This document shows positions 1 through 8,916 of a DNA stretch of 54,258 bases, piece by piece. The stretch's first letter is position 1; each line of letters begins with the position of its first letter. The notes beneath the pieces are model-generated. The model was not told where the DNA came from, made no database searches, and worked only from the letters and a program-made list of their open reading frames with translations. Made by a program: the position numbers and the translations under genes. Source of the DNA: Bacteroidota bacterium (GTDB lineage Bacteria > Bacteroidota > Rhodothermia > Rhodothermales > Rubricoccaceae); the NCBI GenBank assembly GCA_039178415.1, contig JBCDFF010000001.1, positions 1 through 54,258 on the forward strand, given 5' to 3'.

Positions 1-1
1 C

Positions 2-55
2 CTGCTGCGCGACCACCACGCCAAGCTGGTTGCCGAGGCGGCGCGTGCGACCTGA
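2..55 (+). CDS. 3' end of an unidentified CDS (partial, runs off the left edge)
   Basis: Frame 2 reads LLRDHHAKLVAEAARAT then TGA at 53-55, with GC-rich third positions like the rest of the window. It is followed by a hairpin at 83-116. Too short to identify. Confidence 0.3.
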   Translation: MLRDHHAKLVAEAARAT

Positions 56-82
56 GCGGTAGGTCCCGGAGGGCAGACATAG

Positions 83-116
83 GCGTAGCCTCTCCGGAGG
101 CGAGGAGAGGCTACGT
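83..116. terminator. GC-rich hairpin between convergent CDS end and tRNA-Asn 3' end (possible bidirectional terminator)
   Basis: Arms gtagcctctcc (85-95) and ggagaggctac (104-114) are perfect complements. The stem is extended by c84:g115, with an 8-nt loop. Confidence 0.5.
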
Positions 117-127
117 TCGGCGCGGGG

Positions 128-199
128 CGCCCCGGGTAGGATTCGAACCTACGACCCTGCGGTTAACAGCCGCATGCTCTACCGCTGAGCTACCGAGGC
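128..199 (-). tRNA. tRNA-Asn (anticodon GTT)
   Basis: Reverse complement folds as a cloverleaf: acceptor GCCTCGG/CCGGGGC, D arm GCTC..GAGC, anticodon stem TGCGG/CCGCA with loop CTGTTAA (GTT), T arm GTAGG-TTCGAAT-CCTAC. No encoded CCA. Confidence 0.9.
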
Positions 200-410
200 G
201 TGTCTCTGCTCCCCAGATGGGAAGGCTGAACGAGAGCGGGCGCAAAAATACTGGGGCGCGTTCCGCGAAAGCAAGCGGCCCGCAGTCCTTTCCCAATCAT
301 TCACTGCTCCGGTGGTGCGAAGAATGGAAGGACACGGCGGGTCTCTCGCCAGAGAGCGGGGGGGCGTATTGCACGGCGCAGCGGGACGCTGTAATTTTGC
401 GCCTCGCCCT

Positions 411-494
411 GCCCATGTGGCGGAATTGGTAGACGCGCTACATTCAGGATGTAGTGAGCTTACGCTCGTGGAGGTTCGAGTCCTCTCGTGGGCA
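411..494 (+). tRNA. tRNA-Leu (anticodon CAG), long variable arm
   Basis: GCCCATG TG GCGG AATTGGTAGA CGCG ... CTACA-TTCAGGA-TGTAG ... long variable arm ... GGAGG-TTCGAGT-CCTCT CGTGGGC A. Closely parallels the E. coli tRNA-Leu(CAG) architecture. Confidence 0.9.
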
Positions 495-503
495 CTCTGT
501 CAG

Positions 504-545
504 AAAGCGGCTTTCCCCAAGCAGGGAGAGCCGCTTTTCTTTCAG
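504..545 (+). terminator. Rho-independent-type terminator after tRNA-Leu
   Basis: aaagcggct (504-512) pairs with agccgcttt (529-537), followed by a T-rich tract (tcttt). Confidence 0.6.
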
Positions 546-872
546 CACGCGGACCGGGGCAGGCATGTGCCAGGAGGCTTTCGTATCTACTCCTGCCCCT
601 CTCCTAGAGAGAAAGTCCTGCCTTGTCTACCAGGGGGCGGTATGCTGGAAAATCAGATTAGAGAACGGCAACGTCGGTTGCCATAGGCATAATCTGTTCG
701 TATTACTGGGTCCGTAGTGCCTCCACCACTTCTGTCACGCTATTGGCACCGTCCCGAGGGATTCGGACAGAAGCGCACCTACCACACCTCTCCGACGGAA
801 CTATCCCGCTTCCCAGACCGCGCGGTTCGGGCATGCTCCGTCTTTGCTTGTGGCCCCACCAACTACGTTGTC

Positions 873-3800
873 ATGCGCCATACACTCGCCCAACTCGTGC
901 TCCTCACCGCGTTCCTCGTCTGCACGGCCCCCGCTTTTTCGCAGCCGTACACCGGGGAGCGGCAGACCTATCTCATAGAACTGCGCGCAGGGGCCAACCT
1001 AGTCGCACTCCCCGTTGTCCCGGACGATCCGGCCGTGACTGCGGTAGTCGGCAACATCGTATCGCAGCTCTCTCTTGTTCAGGATGACAAGGGACATTAT
1101 ATGATTCCCGATCTAGGGATCGACGCCATCGGGGCATGGCAGTGGAGCGAGGCCTACAAGGTCCACACGAAGGCCGCTACGTCACTGCTGGTGCAAGGAC
1201 CGGAGATTACCCCGGAGCTCTCGCCGCTGCCTCTAGAGGCCGGAGCCAACTGGATTCCATACCTCCGCAATGAGGCGCTCCCCGTCGAGGAAGGACTAGC
1301 TACGATCCTGCCGAGCCTGAGCCGGGTGGAAGACAATGCAGGGCTCGTCTTCGAGCCGGGCAGTCAGAACTCCACCTTGGACTCGCTGCGCGTCGGGCAC
1401 GGCTACCGGGTGTGGCTGACGCAGCAGGATACACTCATCTACCCAGTCAATCAGGACGTGGGCGGAGGAAACGGTCTCCAGGTTGGCACGATGGACCAGG
1501 CCCTCGCGCTGCGAGGGCTGGAGCCCGGGCAAGAGGTCGACGTCCTCGGGTACTACGTTCCCGGCGACGGCGGAGGCGGGCGTTTCCGCGTAGAAAACAG
1601 CGGGGCACCCACAGACGGAGGCCTCGTTTTCGTACCGGACGAACATCAGAGTAGCCCCGTCACTGAGGTGATCAACAACAACAGCATCCATCCGAAGCCG
1701 TTCTCGCTACCCGGAAATTCGAAGCTCGTCTACGGTACGCTGACAGTCGACCTCTTCCACCCAAACTCCAACACGGAACTTGCCACAATCAACGCTCGCT
1801 ATCTCCACGGGCATGAGTACGTTTCCAAACTCGCGGCAACACCACTCATCGACTATGCAGCAGGTGCCCTCGATGACACCCACAATCGGCTCCTAAACTG
1901 GTGCGAGGAGGCAATCGGATTGAGATGGCAGTGTGACCTGAGGGCAACCTACAGACGCACAACATCGCGCATACGGCTGCACCGCGTGAACGTCGGAGAG
2001 ACCTTGAACGCAAACTGGTTTGGTGCCCGTCCAATTTCCATCGACCCTGACTTCGACAATCAGCCGGTGCTCGCCCATGTGATCAACGTTGCGAATGCAA
2101 TGAACGCAGACGCGCCGGGCTCCATCACCACAGTATTACTGCCTAGCCGCGACGTTTATGAGTACTTCGGTAGCATCCAGTTAGGAGACGGTCTCACCCT
2201 CAAAGGTGCAGGGGGGACGGAACTGGTAACGCATACCAATGACCTGGGACATACTTACCAGCCTGTGCGCCTCAAGTCTAGTCGTACAACGCTCCGCGTT
2301 AAGGCAGACGAAGCCCTCACGCACGTACGGATGGATAAGAATCCCTCAGACCCCGGCTACGTTGAGCCTGACGTAAAGCACTGGCTTGGAGGGCGCCAGT
2401 CTACGATCAATCCTGCGCCGCGTGTGATGCAAGTCGGCCTAGAAGACATCGTGCTTGACGGTAACTGGGAAGGGAATCAGCAGGCTTGGACTGAGGGGTG
2501 GATGACATTCAATGAGATGGAGCTGTATATGCGAAATACACCGAGTTGGTCGGCCTTTGTCTCAACAAATCATCAGGGTGTCCCTATTCCTTTGGGTCAA
2601 GAACTTCGGTTGCGGAACGTCGGGATACGAGGTTACGGAGGAGCGGCTCTCCTGGGACATGTGGACAACGTATGGAACGTGGAAAATGTTAGAGTCAGCG
2701 ATACGGTGTGGAACCACCATATCTACGGCACGAATGGAGACTGGACTAACCTGACTTTAGCCGGCTTCTCCTGGGGTCATGCTGCTTGGTACGTGGGTGA
2801 GATATCTAACCTGGTCATCGAGGATATTGTACCTAACCCACGGCGCTTCTCACCTGAAGCATTTGCCATTAGAGGTGCCGATGCGTACTCTGAGGCGGAC
2901 ATAGCTAACAACCCGGACGATCCGAGACTCGCCCCCTACCTCCAGTCTGATGGCGAGCCGATAGAACTCGGTACGACGATTGACGGGTTCTACGTGGACC
3001 TCCGCGGTAGCGGGCTCTCCGTGCCGTTCGGCGGTATAGGCCCCAAACTCCGACTGCGCAATGGAAAAGTTATCATGGACGCCTCTGTCCGCACCGGCGC
3101 TGTATTCACAGAATTCGCAAACGGATCACAGGAGGCACTTTACCCCGAATATAACTTTGATAACATCACAGTATATACCAATGGAGAAGGCTCAGAGCGC
3201 CTCTTCGGTAGGCTAAACATCACCGGTAGCAGTTTCCGGAACATCACAACGAACAGTACGCTGCTCGATGCCCAGGAGAAGATCAATCATCTCCTGTCGC
3301 TCCGCGCCCACAACCGGAACCACTACGCATGGAATACTCCTCAGACCGTAACCTTCTCTGAGCTTAAAGGCGACGCTCCTTCTGTGTTCATGGCGGAGGT
3401 AGACATTCACTCCGAAGCTGCAGGCGCAGACTACTTTGTTCTAGACTCGCATTTTAACAATACTAGTGTATCCAATACGCTATTTCGAAACAGTAAGGCT
3501 AATGGACTACTGCGAGACCTAAGTGGTGACCCGAGCAAGCTCCGCGTGTTTATGGACGGCGTAGCGTTCAACATGTATGGCAACAGCTTCGATAACCTAG
3601 AAATATTCTTTGCTGTGGGGCGCATGCAGAACTGCACGGATGCGAGAAGCGGCCACACTAGTGAGGATGGTAGCACGTTCTCATACACAGCCAATGGGGG
3701 AGAGACAGAGCTTGATCTCCCCACGAACCTCCTCTGGACACCTCTCCGTCAGAACTACACCTCAGTTACCGAGGGCGAGGGAGCGAACGGACTCTTTGAC

Positions 3801-4013
3801 TCCTTTGAGTACCGGGCCTCCGACGGCTCCGAGTTGGGGGAGGACAAGCGGGGTCCTGAGATCCGCATCAATCTGACGCGGGCACTCAACCCGGGCGAGC
3901 AAGTGACCTTCACATGGGAGGCCGCGGTGCGACCCTGGGAGTCCGGCATCGGGCGGCCGGCCTCGTCCTCCTACGGGAGCAACAACCCCTTGACCCGGGA
4001 GAACGGTAGGTAG
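873..4013 (+). CDS. Large secreted right-handed beta-helix (pectate-lyase-fold) protein, possible polysaccharide depolymerase
   Basis: ORF 717-4013. The internal ATG at 873 precedes a signal-peptide-like MRHTLAQLVLLTAFLVCTAPAFSQ. Motifs YYVPGDGGGGRF and LNANWFGARP resemble the start of pectate-lyase-superfamily/tailspike-like proteins, and the N/G/T/S-rich middle fits beta-helix coils. No catalytic residues identified, so the function is inferred. Confidence 0.55.
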   Translation: MRHTLAQLVLLTAFLVCTAPAFSQPYTGERQTYLIELRAGANLVALPVVPDDPAVTAVVGNIVSQLSLVQDDKGHYMIPDLGIDAIGAWQWSEAYKVHTKAATSLLVQGPEITPELSPLPLEAGANWIPYLRNEALPVEEGLATILPSLSRVEDNAGLVFEPGSQNSTLDSLRVGHGYRVWLTQQDTLIYPVNQDVGGGNGLQVGTMDQALALRGLEPGQEVDVLGYYVPGDGGGGRFRVENSGAPTDGGLVFVPDEHQSSPVTEVINNNSIHPKPFSLPGNSKLVYGTLTVDLFHPNSNTELATINARYLHGHEYVSKLAATPLIDYAAGALDDTHNRLLNWCEEAIGLRWQCDLRATYRRTTSRIRLHRVNVGETLNANWFGARPISIDPDFDNQPVLAHVINVANAMNADAPGSITTVLLPSRDVYEYFGSIQLGDGLTLKGAGGTELVTHTNDLGHTYQPVRLKSSRTTLRVKADEALTHVRMDKNPSDPGYVEPDVKHWLGGRQSTINPAPRVMQVGLEDIVLDGNWEGNQQAWTEGWMTFNEMELYMRNTPSWSAFVSTNHQGVPIPLGQELRLRNVGIRGYGGAALLGHVDNVWNVENVRVSDTVWNHHIYGTNGDWTNLTLAGFSWGHAAWYVGEISNLVIEDIVPNPRRFSPEAFAIRGADAYSEADIANNPDDPRLAPYLQSDGEPIELGTTIDGFYVDLRGSGLSVPFGGIGPKLRLRNGKVIMDASVRTGAVFTEFANGSQEALYPEYNFDNITVYTNGEGSERLFGRLNITGSSFRNITTNSTLLDAQEKINHLLSLRAHNRNHYAWNTPQTVTFSELKGDAPSVFMAEVDIHSEAAGADYFVLDSHFNNTSVSNTLFRNSKANGLLRDLSGDPSKLRVFMDGVAFNMYGNSFDNLEIFFAVGRMQNCTDARSGHTSEDGSTFSYTANGGETELDLPTNLLWTPLRQNYTSVTEGEGANGLFDSFEYRASDGSELGEDKRGPEIRINLTRALNPGEQVTFTWEAAVRPWESGIGRPASSSYGSNNPLTRENGR

Positions 4014-4903
4014 GCGCTCACCATGACGGCGAGAAACGCGAGCGTGTAGAGCACCGGCCAGTAGCGAAACCGCCGCGTATCGCACTGGGTAGTCGCCATC
4101 GCGGTGAGTACCCAGGCGAAACCGACGACGGGAGCGAGTGGGTACGTCGTCAGGATAAAGGCCAGCAGCGTCGCGTCGCGCCACCGCGACAGGCCCCGGT
4201 CCTTCGGCCACAGAAAACACGCGGTCACGACGGCTTCGATCAGGATCGTCCACCACGTCATCACCTGTGCGAGCAGGGGGACGCGGGCTCCTGTGGACAC
4301 GCTGAATCCGGCGCTCGGGTCGCCGAAGCTGCGCAGGGTTCTGAGCTGCTGGACGTTCTCCTGCAGACCGGGAGCGGAAGCGCCGCCCACCACTTCGGCC
4401 ACGCCGTGAAAGCGCGGGTCCTGGAGCAGCGTAGCCTCGAAGAAGGCACCGCTCATGTAGTCCTCGGAGATCAGCTTCCAGACTACAGCGAAGAGAAAGG
4501 CCAGCCCGATGAGCAGACGACCGTTGAGGGCAAGGAAGCGGTCTGGCTCCCCGGCCAAGCGCGAGAGAGCGATGGCGAGGCACCAGTACGTGATGAGGTA
4601 CTTGTGGTTATCGATGTAGAACCAGCCCTGGTAATGCCCCACGGCCAAGATGAAGGTGACGGCAAACCAGAACAGGGCGCTGCGCAGGATGGGTCGGTGA
4701 AGCAGCGCGAACACGCCCAGGCAGAGCACCCCGGCCTGCATGTACCACGTCGAGAGCGTGTACAGGACCAGCAGCACGATCGTCATTGTCGCGACGAGGT
4801 CGAAGCGGCGCTCCGGGGCGGAGAAGTCGGCGGCCCAGGCCAGCGCGGCCGTGCGGACGCGGTGCCAGCGGCTGAGAGAAGCAACGTGCGGGGCGTCTGC
4901 CAT
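3971..4903 (-). CDS. Polytopic membrane protein, HTTM-like (vitamin K gamma-carboxylase/SdpB-like); paralog of 50597-51508
   Basis: Start MADAPHVASL at ATG 4901-4903. Motifs YIDNHKYLITYWCL, LFAVVWKLISEDYMSGAFF and MTWWTILIEAVVTACFLW match copy 2 and resemble the NNHSYLY / GVKKLDADWVEGYS / HWGGLLLDLSAGF motifs of HTTM domains (comparison from memory). The upstream part of ORF 3971-5464 is rejected because it overlaps the next gene in another frame. Confidence 0.6.
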   Translation of the reverse strand: MADAPHVASLSRWHRVRTAALAWAADFSAPERRFDLVATMTIVLLVLYTLSTWYMQAGVLCLGVFALLHRPILRSALFWFAVTFILAVGHYQGWFYIDNHKYLITYWCLAIALSRLAGEPDRFLALNGRLLIGLAFLFAVVWKLISEDYMSGAFFEATLLQDPRFHGVAEVVGGASAPGLQENVQQLRTLRSFGDPSAGFSVSTGARVPLLAQVMTWWTILIEAVVTACFLWPKDRGLSRWRDATLLAFILTTYPLAPVVGFAWVLTAMATTQCDTRRFRYWPVLYTLAFLAVMVSAYLPFSRVKGLLLP

Positions 4904-4913
4904 GAGCGGGCGG

Positions 4914-5585
4914 CTAGTCGAGGTCGAGGGTGACGCTGTTGAGCAGGTAGGGCGTCGCCCAGCGTCTGTCCGGATCGTAGCGCATGCCCCAGACTTCCGT
5001 GCGAACCTGGAGGATCTCCGGCTCGACCGTGCCGGGTGGCCGCGGGCGCGGCTGCGCGAACGCGACCCGGGTGGGGTACGGGACCAGCGCCGTCGTATCC
5101 ACCGCAATGAGGGCGCTGTCGGGTGGCTCGCCGGTGCTGTCGGCTCGGGCGAGCGCTTTCTCGCGCCGCCGCTCTTGCCGGCGCCGCTCCATGGCCGGCG
5201 TCTGGGCGAGGTACCTGCGCAGGTCTTCGGGGAGGCTTGCGATCTCGTCGAGCACCTCGTCGAACGGGTAGATGGCCCAGCCCTCGGCCGCCGCTTCGCG
5301 GCCGATCTGCTCCAGCGTCCGGTCATCGGGCATGCCGAGGATGCGCTTCTTCTGGACCGACAGGGTGCCGTACAGCGCCAGGGCCTCGCCTTCCGGTGTG
5401 ACGAGGTACGTCCGCAGAACGCGGTTGGTGGGCCCGTCCACCGTCGAGAACATCCCGAAGCCACCGCCTTTCCACGGCGTCAGGTACTGCATGTGCGCCC
5501 GGTAGATCTGCCAGCCCGCGATCAGGACGAGAAGGGCGGGAACGGCGTAGTAGAAGGCAGGGTGGCGAAGCGTGCGCGGTGCCAT
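4914..5585 (-). CDS. Small N-terminally anchored protein (possible SdpA/DUF5819-like partner of the HTTM protein); paralog of 49988-50590
   Basis: Start MAPRTLRHPAFYYAVPALLVLIAGW (ATG 5583-5585) gives one TM helix. The motif PWKGGGFGMFSTVDGP...LRTYLVTPEGEALAL parallels KWTGGGFAMFSTVDVP...LRAYVVTDQGEALAV in copy 2. Confidence 0.5.
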   Translation of the reverse strand: MAPRTLRHPAFYYAVPALLVLIAGWQIYRAHMQYLTPWKGGGFGMFSTVDGPTNRVLRTYLVTPEGEALALYGTLSVQKKRILGMPDDRTLEQIGREAAAEGWAIYPFDEVLDEIASLPEDLRRYLAQTPAMERRRQERRREKALARADSTGEPPDSALIAVDTTALVPYPTRVAFAQPRPRPPGTVEPEILQVRTEVWGMRYDPDRRWATPYLLNSVTLDLD

Positions 5586-5645
5586 GGTGCCCAGGGATGA
5601 AACGAGGGGAAGGCGTCTTCCCGAACATACCACTTGCAGGCAGTC

Positions 5646-6914
5646 TCAGGCTGCGGCGGGCTGCACCTCGGCCGGCGGCCGGGCATGGCTGAGCCGCTCG
5701 AAAAGTTGCTCCCACATCGCACAGGCCACCCGCTGCTCGTAGTGCTCCAGGAAGGCCGCCCGAGCCCGGTCGCCCTGCCCGGAGCGGAGCGCGTCGTCCT
5801 CGCAGAGCCGGAGCAGCCCCTCGACGAGCCGCTCCGTGCCGCCCGGCAGGCTCGGGTCGACGACAAAGCCGATGGCCTCGCGCTCGACCGTTTCGGCCGG
5901 GACGGACGCGCGGGGGCCGACCATCACGACGGGACGAGCGGCAGCCATGATGCCGTAGAGCTTGCCCGGCACCGCGATGCCCGCCATGTCGCGCCGCAGC
6001 GTAAGGAGGTGTGCGCTCGCCGCCGACAGCGAGTACCGGAGCTGCTCGCGCGGGAGGTAGTTCAGGTACCGGAAGTTCTCGATCCCGTGCGCCTCGGCGA
6101 AGTCGATGATCTCCTGCTTGCGCGGGCCGGACCCGACGAACAGGAAGAACAGTTCGGGGTGATCCTTGAGCACGCGCATCGCGCCGAGCACCTCATCGAA
6201 GCGGTGCGCGAGGCCGGCGTTGCCGGAATACATCACGATCCGCTTGCCGCGCAGGCCCCACTCGTCGAGGAGCGGGTTCTCGTCGTGCGGTACGGGTTCG
6301 ATCTCCCGCTTCTTGCTCCAGACCGGGATCGTGTGGAGGCGGTCCGGCCGGACGCCTTTCGCCGCGATGCGCCGCTTCATGTAGGTCCCGAGGTCCACAA
6401 TGAAGTCAGCGTTGCGGTAGCCGATGTCGTTGAACGCGTGGAGCGTCTTGGCGAGCAGGCTGCCCTTCCTCAGCATCCCGAGTGCCTCCTCGGCGTCCGG
6501 GTGGAGGTCCATCGACCAGATGCCGTAGCGCTGCCCGCGCAGCCGCTTGAGTAGGGCACCGACGAAGCACAAGAGCGGCGGCGTCGTCAGCACGACGAGG
6601 TAGTCGTAGCGCCGCTTGCGGAGCAGGTGCAGCAGGACGCGGACGTAGAAGCTGGCGTAGTCCACGAGGCGGCCGAGGTGGCGTGCGCGCCCGAAGCTCG
6701 TGGCTCGGATGCGGTGAATGCGGACGCCGTTGTGGACTTCTTCTTCCGGCGATTCGAGTTCGCCCGCGAGGTACTTTCCACGGCTGCACACCACGCTCAC
6801 GCCGTAGCCTGCCGCCGCGAGGTGCTCCGCGAGGTCGGTCAGGTGCTGTCCCGTCGAGGCGAAGTCGGGCCAGTAGTGCTGGTTGACGAACAGAATCGAG
6901 GGCTTCGCGGCCAC
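5646..6914 (-). CDS. Glycosyltransferase family 4 (WcaI-like)
   Basis: GTG start. The N-terminus (M)AAKPSILFVNQHYWPDFASTGQHLTDLAEHL is typical of WcaI-type GT-B enzymes. The C-terminal half has the GT1/GT4 E-x7-E-type region. Confidence 0.85.
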   Translation of the reverse strand: MAAKPSILFVNQHYWPDFASTGQHLTDLAEHLAAAGYGVSVVCSRGKYLAGELESPEEEVHNGVRIHRIRATSFGRARHLGRLVDYASFYVRVLLHLLRKRRYDYLVVLTTPPLLCFVGALLKRLRGQRYGIWSMDLHPDAEEALGMLRKGSLLAKTLHAFNDIGYRNADFIVDLGTYMKRRIAAKGVRPDRLHTIPVWSKKREIEPVPHDENPLLDEWGLRGKRIVMYSGNAGLAHRFDEVLGAMRVLKDHPELFFLFVGSGPRKQEIIDFAEAHGIENFRYLNYLPREQLRYSLSAASAHLLTLRRDMAGIAVPGKLYGIMAAARPVVMVGPRASVPAETVEREAIGFVVDPSLPGGTERLVEGLLRLCEDDALRSGQGDRARAAFLEHYEQRVACAMWEQLFERLSHARPPAEVQPAAA

Positions 6915-6961
6915 GAGATTGAAGATCGGCGTAGGGGCGACCGGCCGGGTGCCCCTACGGG

Positions 6962-8743
6962 TTACGCCTCGTTCTGGCTGACCGCCTCGGCGGCCTCGAC
7001 CGGGTGCCGCCGGATGACGGTGTTGCCGATCACGACCACGTCCATCCGCGTGCGTAGGAAGCAGTCGAGCGCCTGCTCCGGCGTGTCGACGATCGGCTCG
7101 TTCTCGTTGAACGAGGTGTTGAGCAGGATCGGGATGCCGGAGCGCTTGCCGAAGGCGGTGATGAGCGCGTGGTAGGTCGGGTTCTGCGTCGCGCTGACGG
7201 TCTGGATGCGGCCGCTGCCATCGACGTGCGTGATGGCGGGCAGGCTGTCCTGCTTGTCGGCGCGGACCTGGTAGACCTGCTGCATGAACGGCGCGGGGGC
7301 GGCGTCCTCGAAGTAGTCGTGCAGCACCTCTTCCGCGACCGACGGGGCGAAGGGGCGGAAGCGCTCGCGGAACTTGATCTTGAGGTTAATCAGGTCGCGC
7401 ATGTCGGCGCGGCTCGGGTCGGCGAGGATCGAGCGGTTGCCGAGGGCGCGCGCGCCCCACTCCATCCGCCCCTGGAACCAGCCGACCACATTCCCGTCGG
7501 CGAGGAGGTCGGCCGTGGCCTCAATCGTTTCGGTCTCGGTGTCGTGGTGCTCGTAGGTGTAGGTCCACTCGGCGTCGTCGCGGGCGTCGACAATCGCCGT
7601 CACGTCGGCGTCGGGATAGCTCGTGCCCCAGTAGCCGTGCTCCATTACGAAGTCGCGCGCCCCGCCGAGTTCCTGGTTCCAGACCCAGTAGGCCGCGCCG
7701 AGCGCGGTGCCGTTGTCGGCCGCGGCAGGCTGGATGTAGACCTCCTCGAACGGCGTGTTCGCCCTGATCTTGCCGTTGGCGACAGAGTTCATCCCGCAGC
7801 CGCCGGACATGCAGAGGCGCGGCTGCTTCGTGCGGTCGTGGAGGCCGTTGAGGATGTGGAACGCAGCCTCCTCGTAGACAGCCTGGAGCGAGCGGGCGAG
7901 GTCCTCGTGGACGCCGGTCACCTCGGCCTTCGGGTCGCGCGCCGGGCCGAGCAGCTTCTCCAGTTCCGCCGTGTAGACGCGCCCGAGCGTCGGGTAGCCC
8001 TCGTCCCACTCCATCTCGACGCCCTCGCTCCAGTGCCGGAAGTACTTCAGCTCCAGCTCGAACGTGCCGCCCTTCTTGAGGGTGAGGAGCTGGCGGAGGT
8101 CGTCCACGCGGGTCGGCTTGCCGTAGGGGGCGAGGCCCATCACCTTGTACTCGTCCCCGTAGTTGAGGAAGCCGAGGTGCTGGGTGATGGCGGTGTACAT
8201 CATCCCGAGTGAGTGCGGGAAGTAGACCTTCTCCAAGATGTCGAGCGTGTTGCCGCGCCCCATCGCCATCGAGGTGCTCACGAAGTCGCCGAAGCCGTCG
8301 ATGGCGCAGACGGCGGCCTCGTCGAACGGCGAGACGAAGAACGTGCTCGCGAGGTGCGCCGGGTGGTGCTCGACGTAGTGGATCTCGGGCAGCGCGTCTT
8401 TGCTCACCCCGAGCGCGCCGACGAGCGGCGTGTTGAGGTCGCGGACCTTGCGCGAGTTCTGCACGCGGTCGAGGACGAGCCGGAAGTCCGGCCGGTTCTT
8501 GAGCGTGAAGAGGCCTTTCTTGAGGATGTTCGCCTTCGGGTCGCGGCTGATGGCGACGTGGTCCACGTCGGGCCCGGTGATGCCCGCCATCTCCAGGCAG
8601 CGCTGGATGGCGAGCGTCGGGAAGCCGGCCCAGTGCTTGATGCGCCGGAACCGCTCCTCTTCGAGCGCGGCGACGAGGTGACCGTCGTGGACGAGGACGG
8701 CGGACACGTCGCCGTGGTATGCGTTAATGCCTAGGATGTACAT
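6962..8743 (-). CDS. Carbamoyltransferase (NodU/CmcH family)
   Basis: MYILGINAYHGDVSAVLVHDGHLVAALEEERFRRIKHWAGFP is the characteristic N-terminus of NodU/CmcH carbamoyltransferases. The length of 593 aa fits. Confidence 0.9.
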   Translation of the reverse strand: MYILGINAYHGDVSAVLVHDGHLVAALEEERFRRIKHWAGFPTLAIQRCLEMAGITGPDVDHVAISRDPKANILKKGLFTLKNRPDFRLVLDRVQNSRKVRDLNTPLVGALGVSKDALPEIHYVEHHPAHLASTFFVSPFDEAAVCAIDGFGDFVSTSMAMGRGNTLDILEKVYFPHSLGMMYTAITQHLGFLNYGDEYKVMGLAPYGKPTRVDDLRQLLTLKKGGTFELELKYFRHWSEGVEMEWDEGYPTLGRVYTAELEKLLGPARDPKAEVTGVHEDLARSLQAVYEEAAFHILNGLHDRTKQPRLCMSGGCGMNSVANGKIRANTPFEEVYIQPAAADNGTALGAAYWVWNQELGGARDFVMEHGYWGTSYPDADVTAIVDARDDAEWTYTYEHHDTETETIEATADLLADGNVVGWFQGRMEWGARALGNRSILADPSRADMRDLINLKIKFRERFRPFAPSVAEEVLHDYFEDAAPAPFMQQVYQVRADKQDSLPAITHVDGSGRIQTVSATQNPTYHALITAFGKRSGIPILLNTSFNENEPIVDTPEQALDCFLRTRMDVVVIGNTVIRRHPVEAAEAVSQNEA

Positions 8744-8916
8744 CCAACGTGGGGGTTTGCGGGCGCGGTGTCTACCCGGCTATCGGCCAGCGGAGAGCTT
8801 TAGATAACAGCCGCAGCGGACATCACTTGGAACAGATCGGAAGGGCGGGTCAAAAATAGGTCCACGCCACCGGGGCGGGATGCAGAAACAGAGGAGAACA
8901 GGCGGCATCGCAGCGC

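Noticed and set aside
111-686. ORFs 111-296 (-), 217-432 (+), 312-686 (+), 454-717 (+)
   Set aside because: They overlap the two tRNA genes and their terminators and show no protein-like features.
4904-5464. N-terminal extension of ORF 3971-5464
   Set aside because: It overlaps the 4914-5585 gene in another frame and is Arg/Ser/Pro/Ala-rich. The paralog at 50597-51508 shows that the protein starts near MADAPH/MDASAQ.
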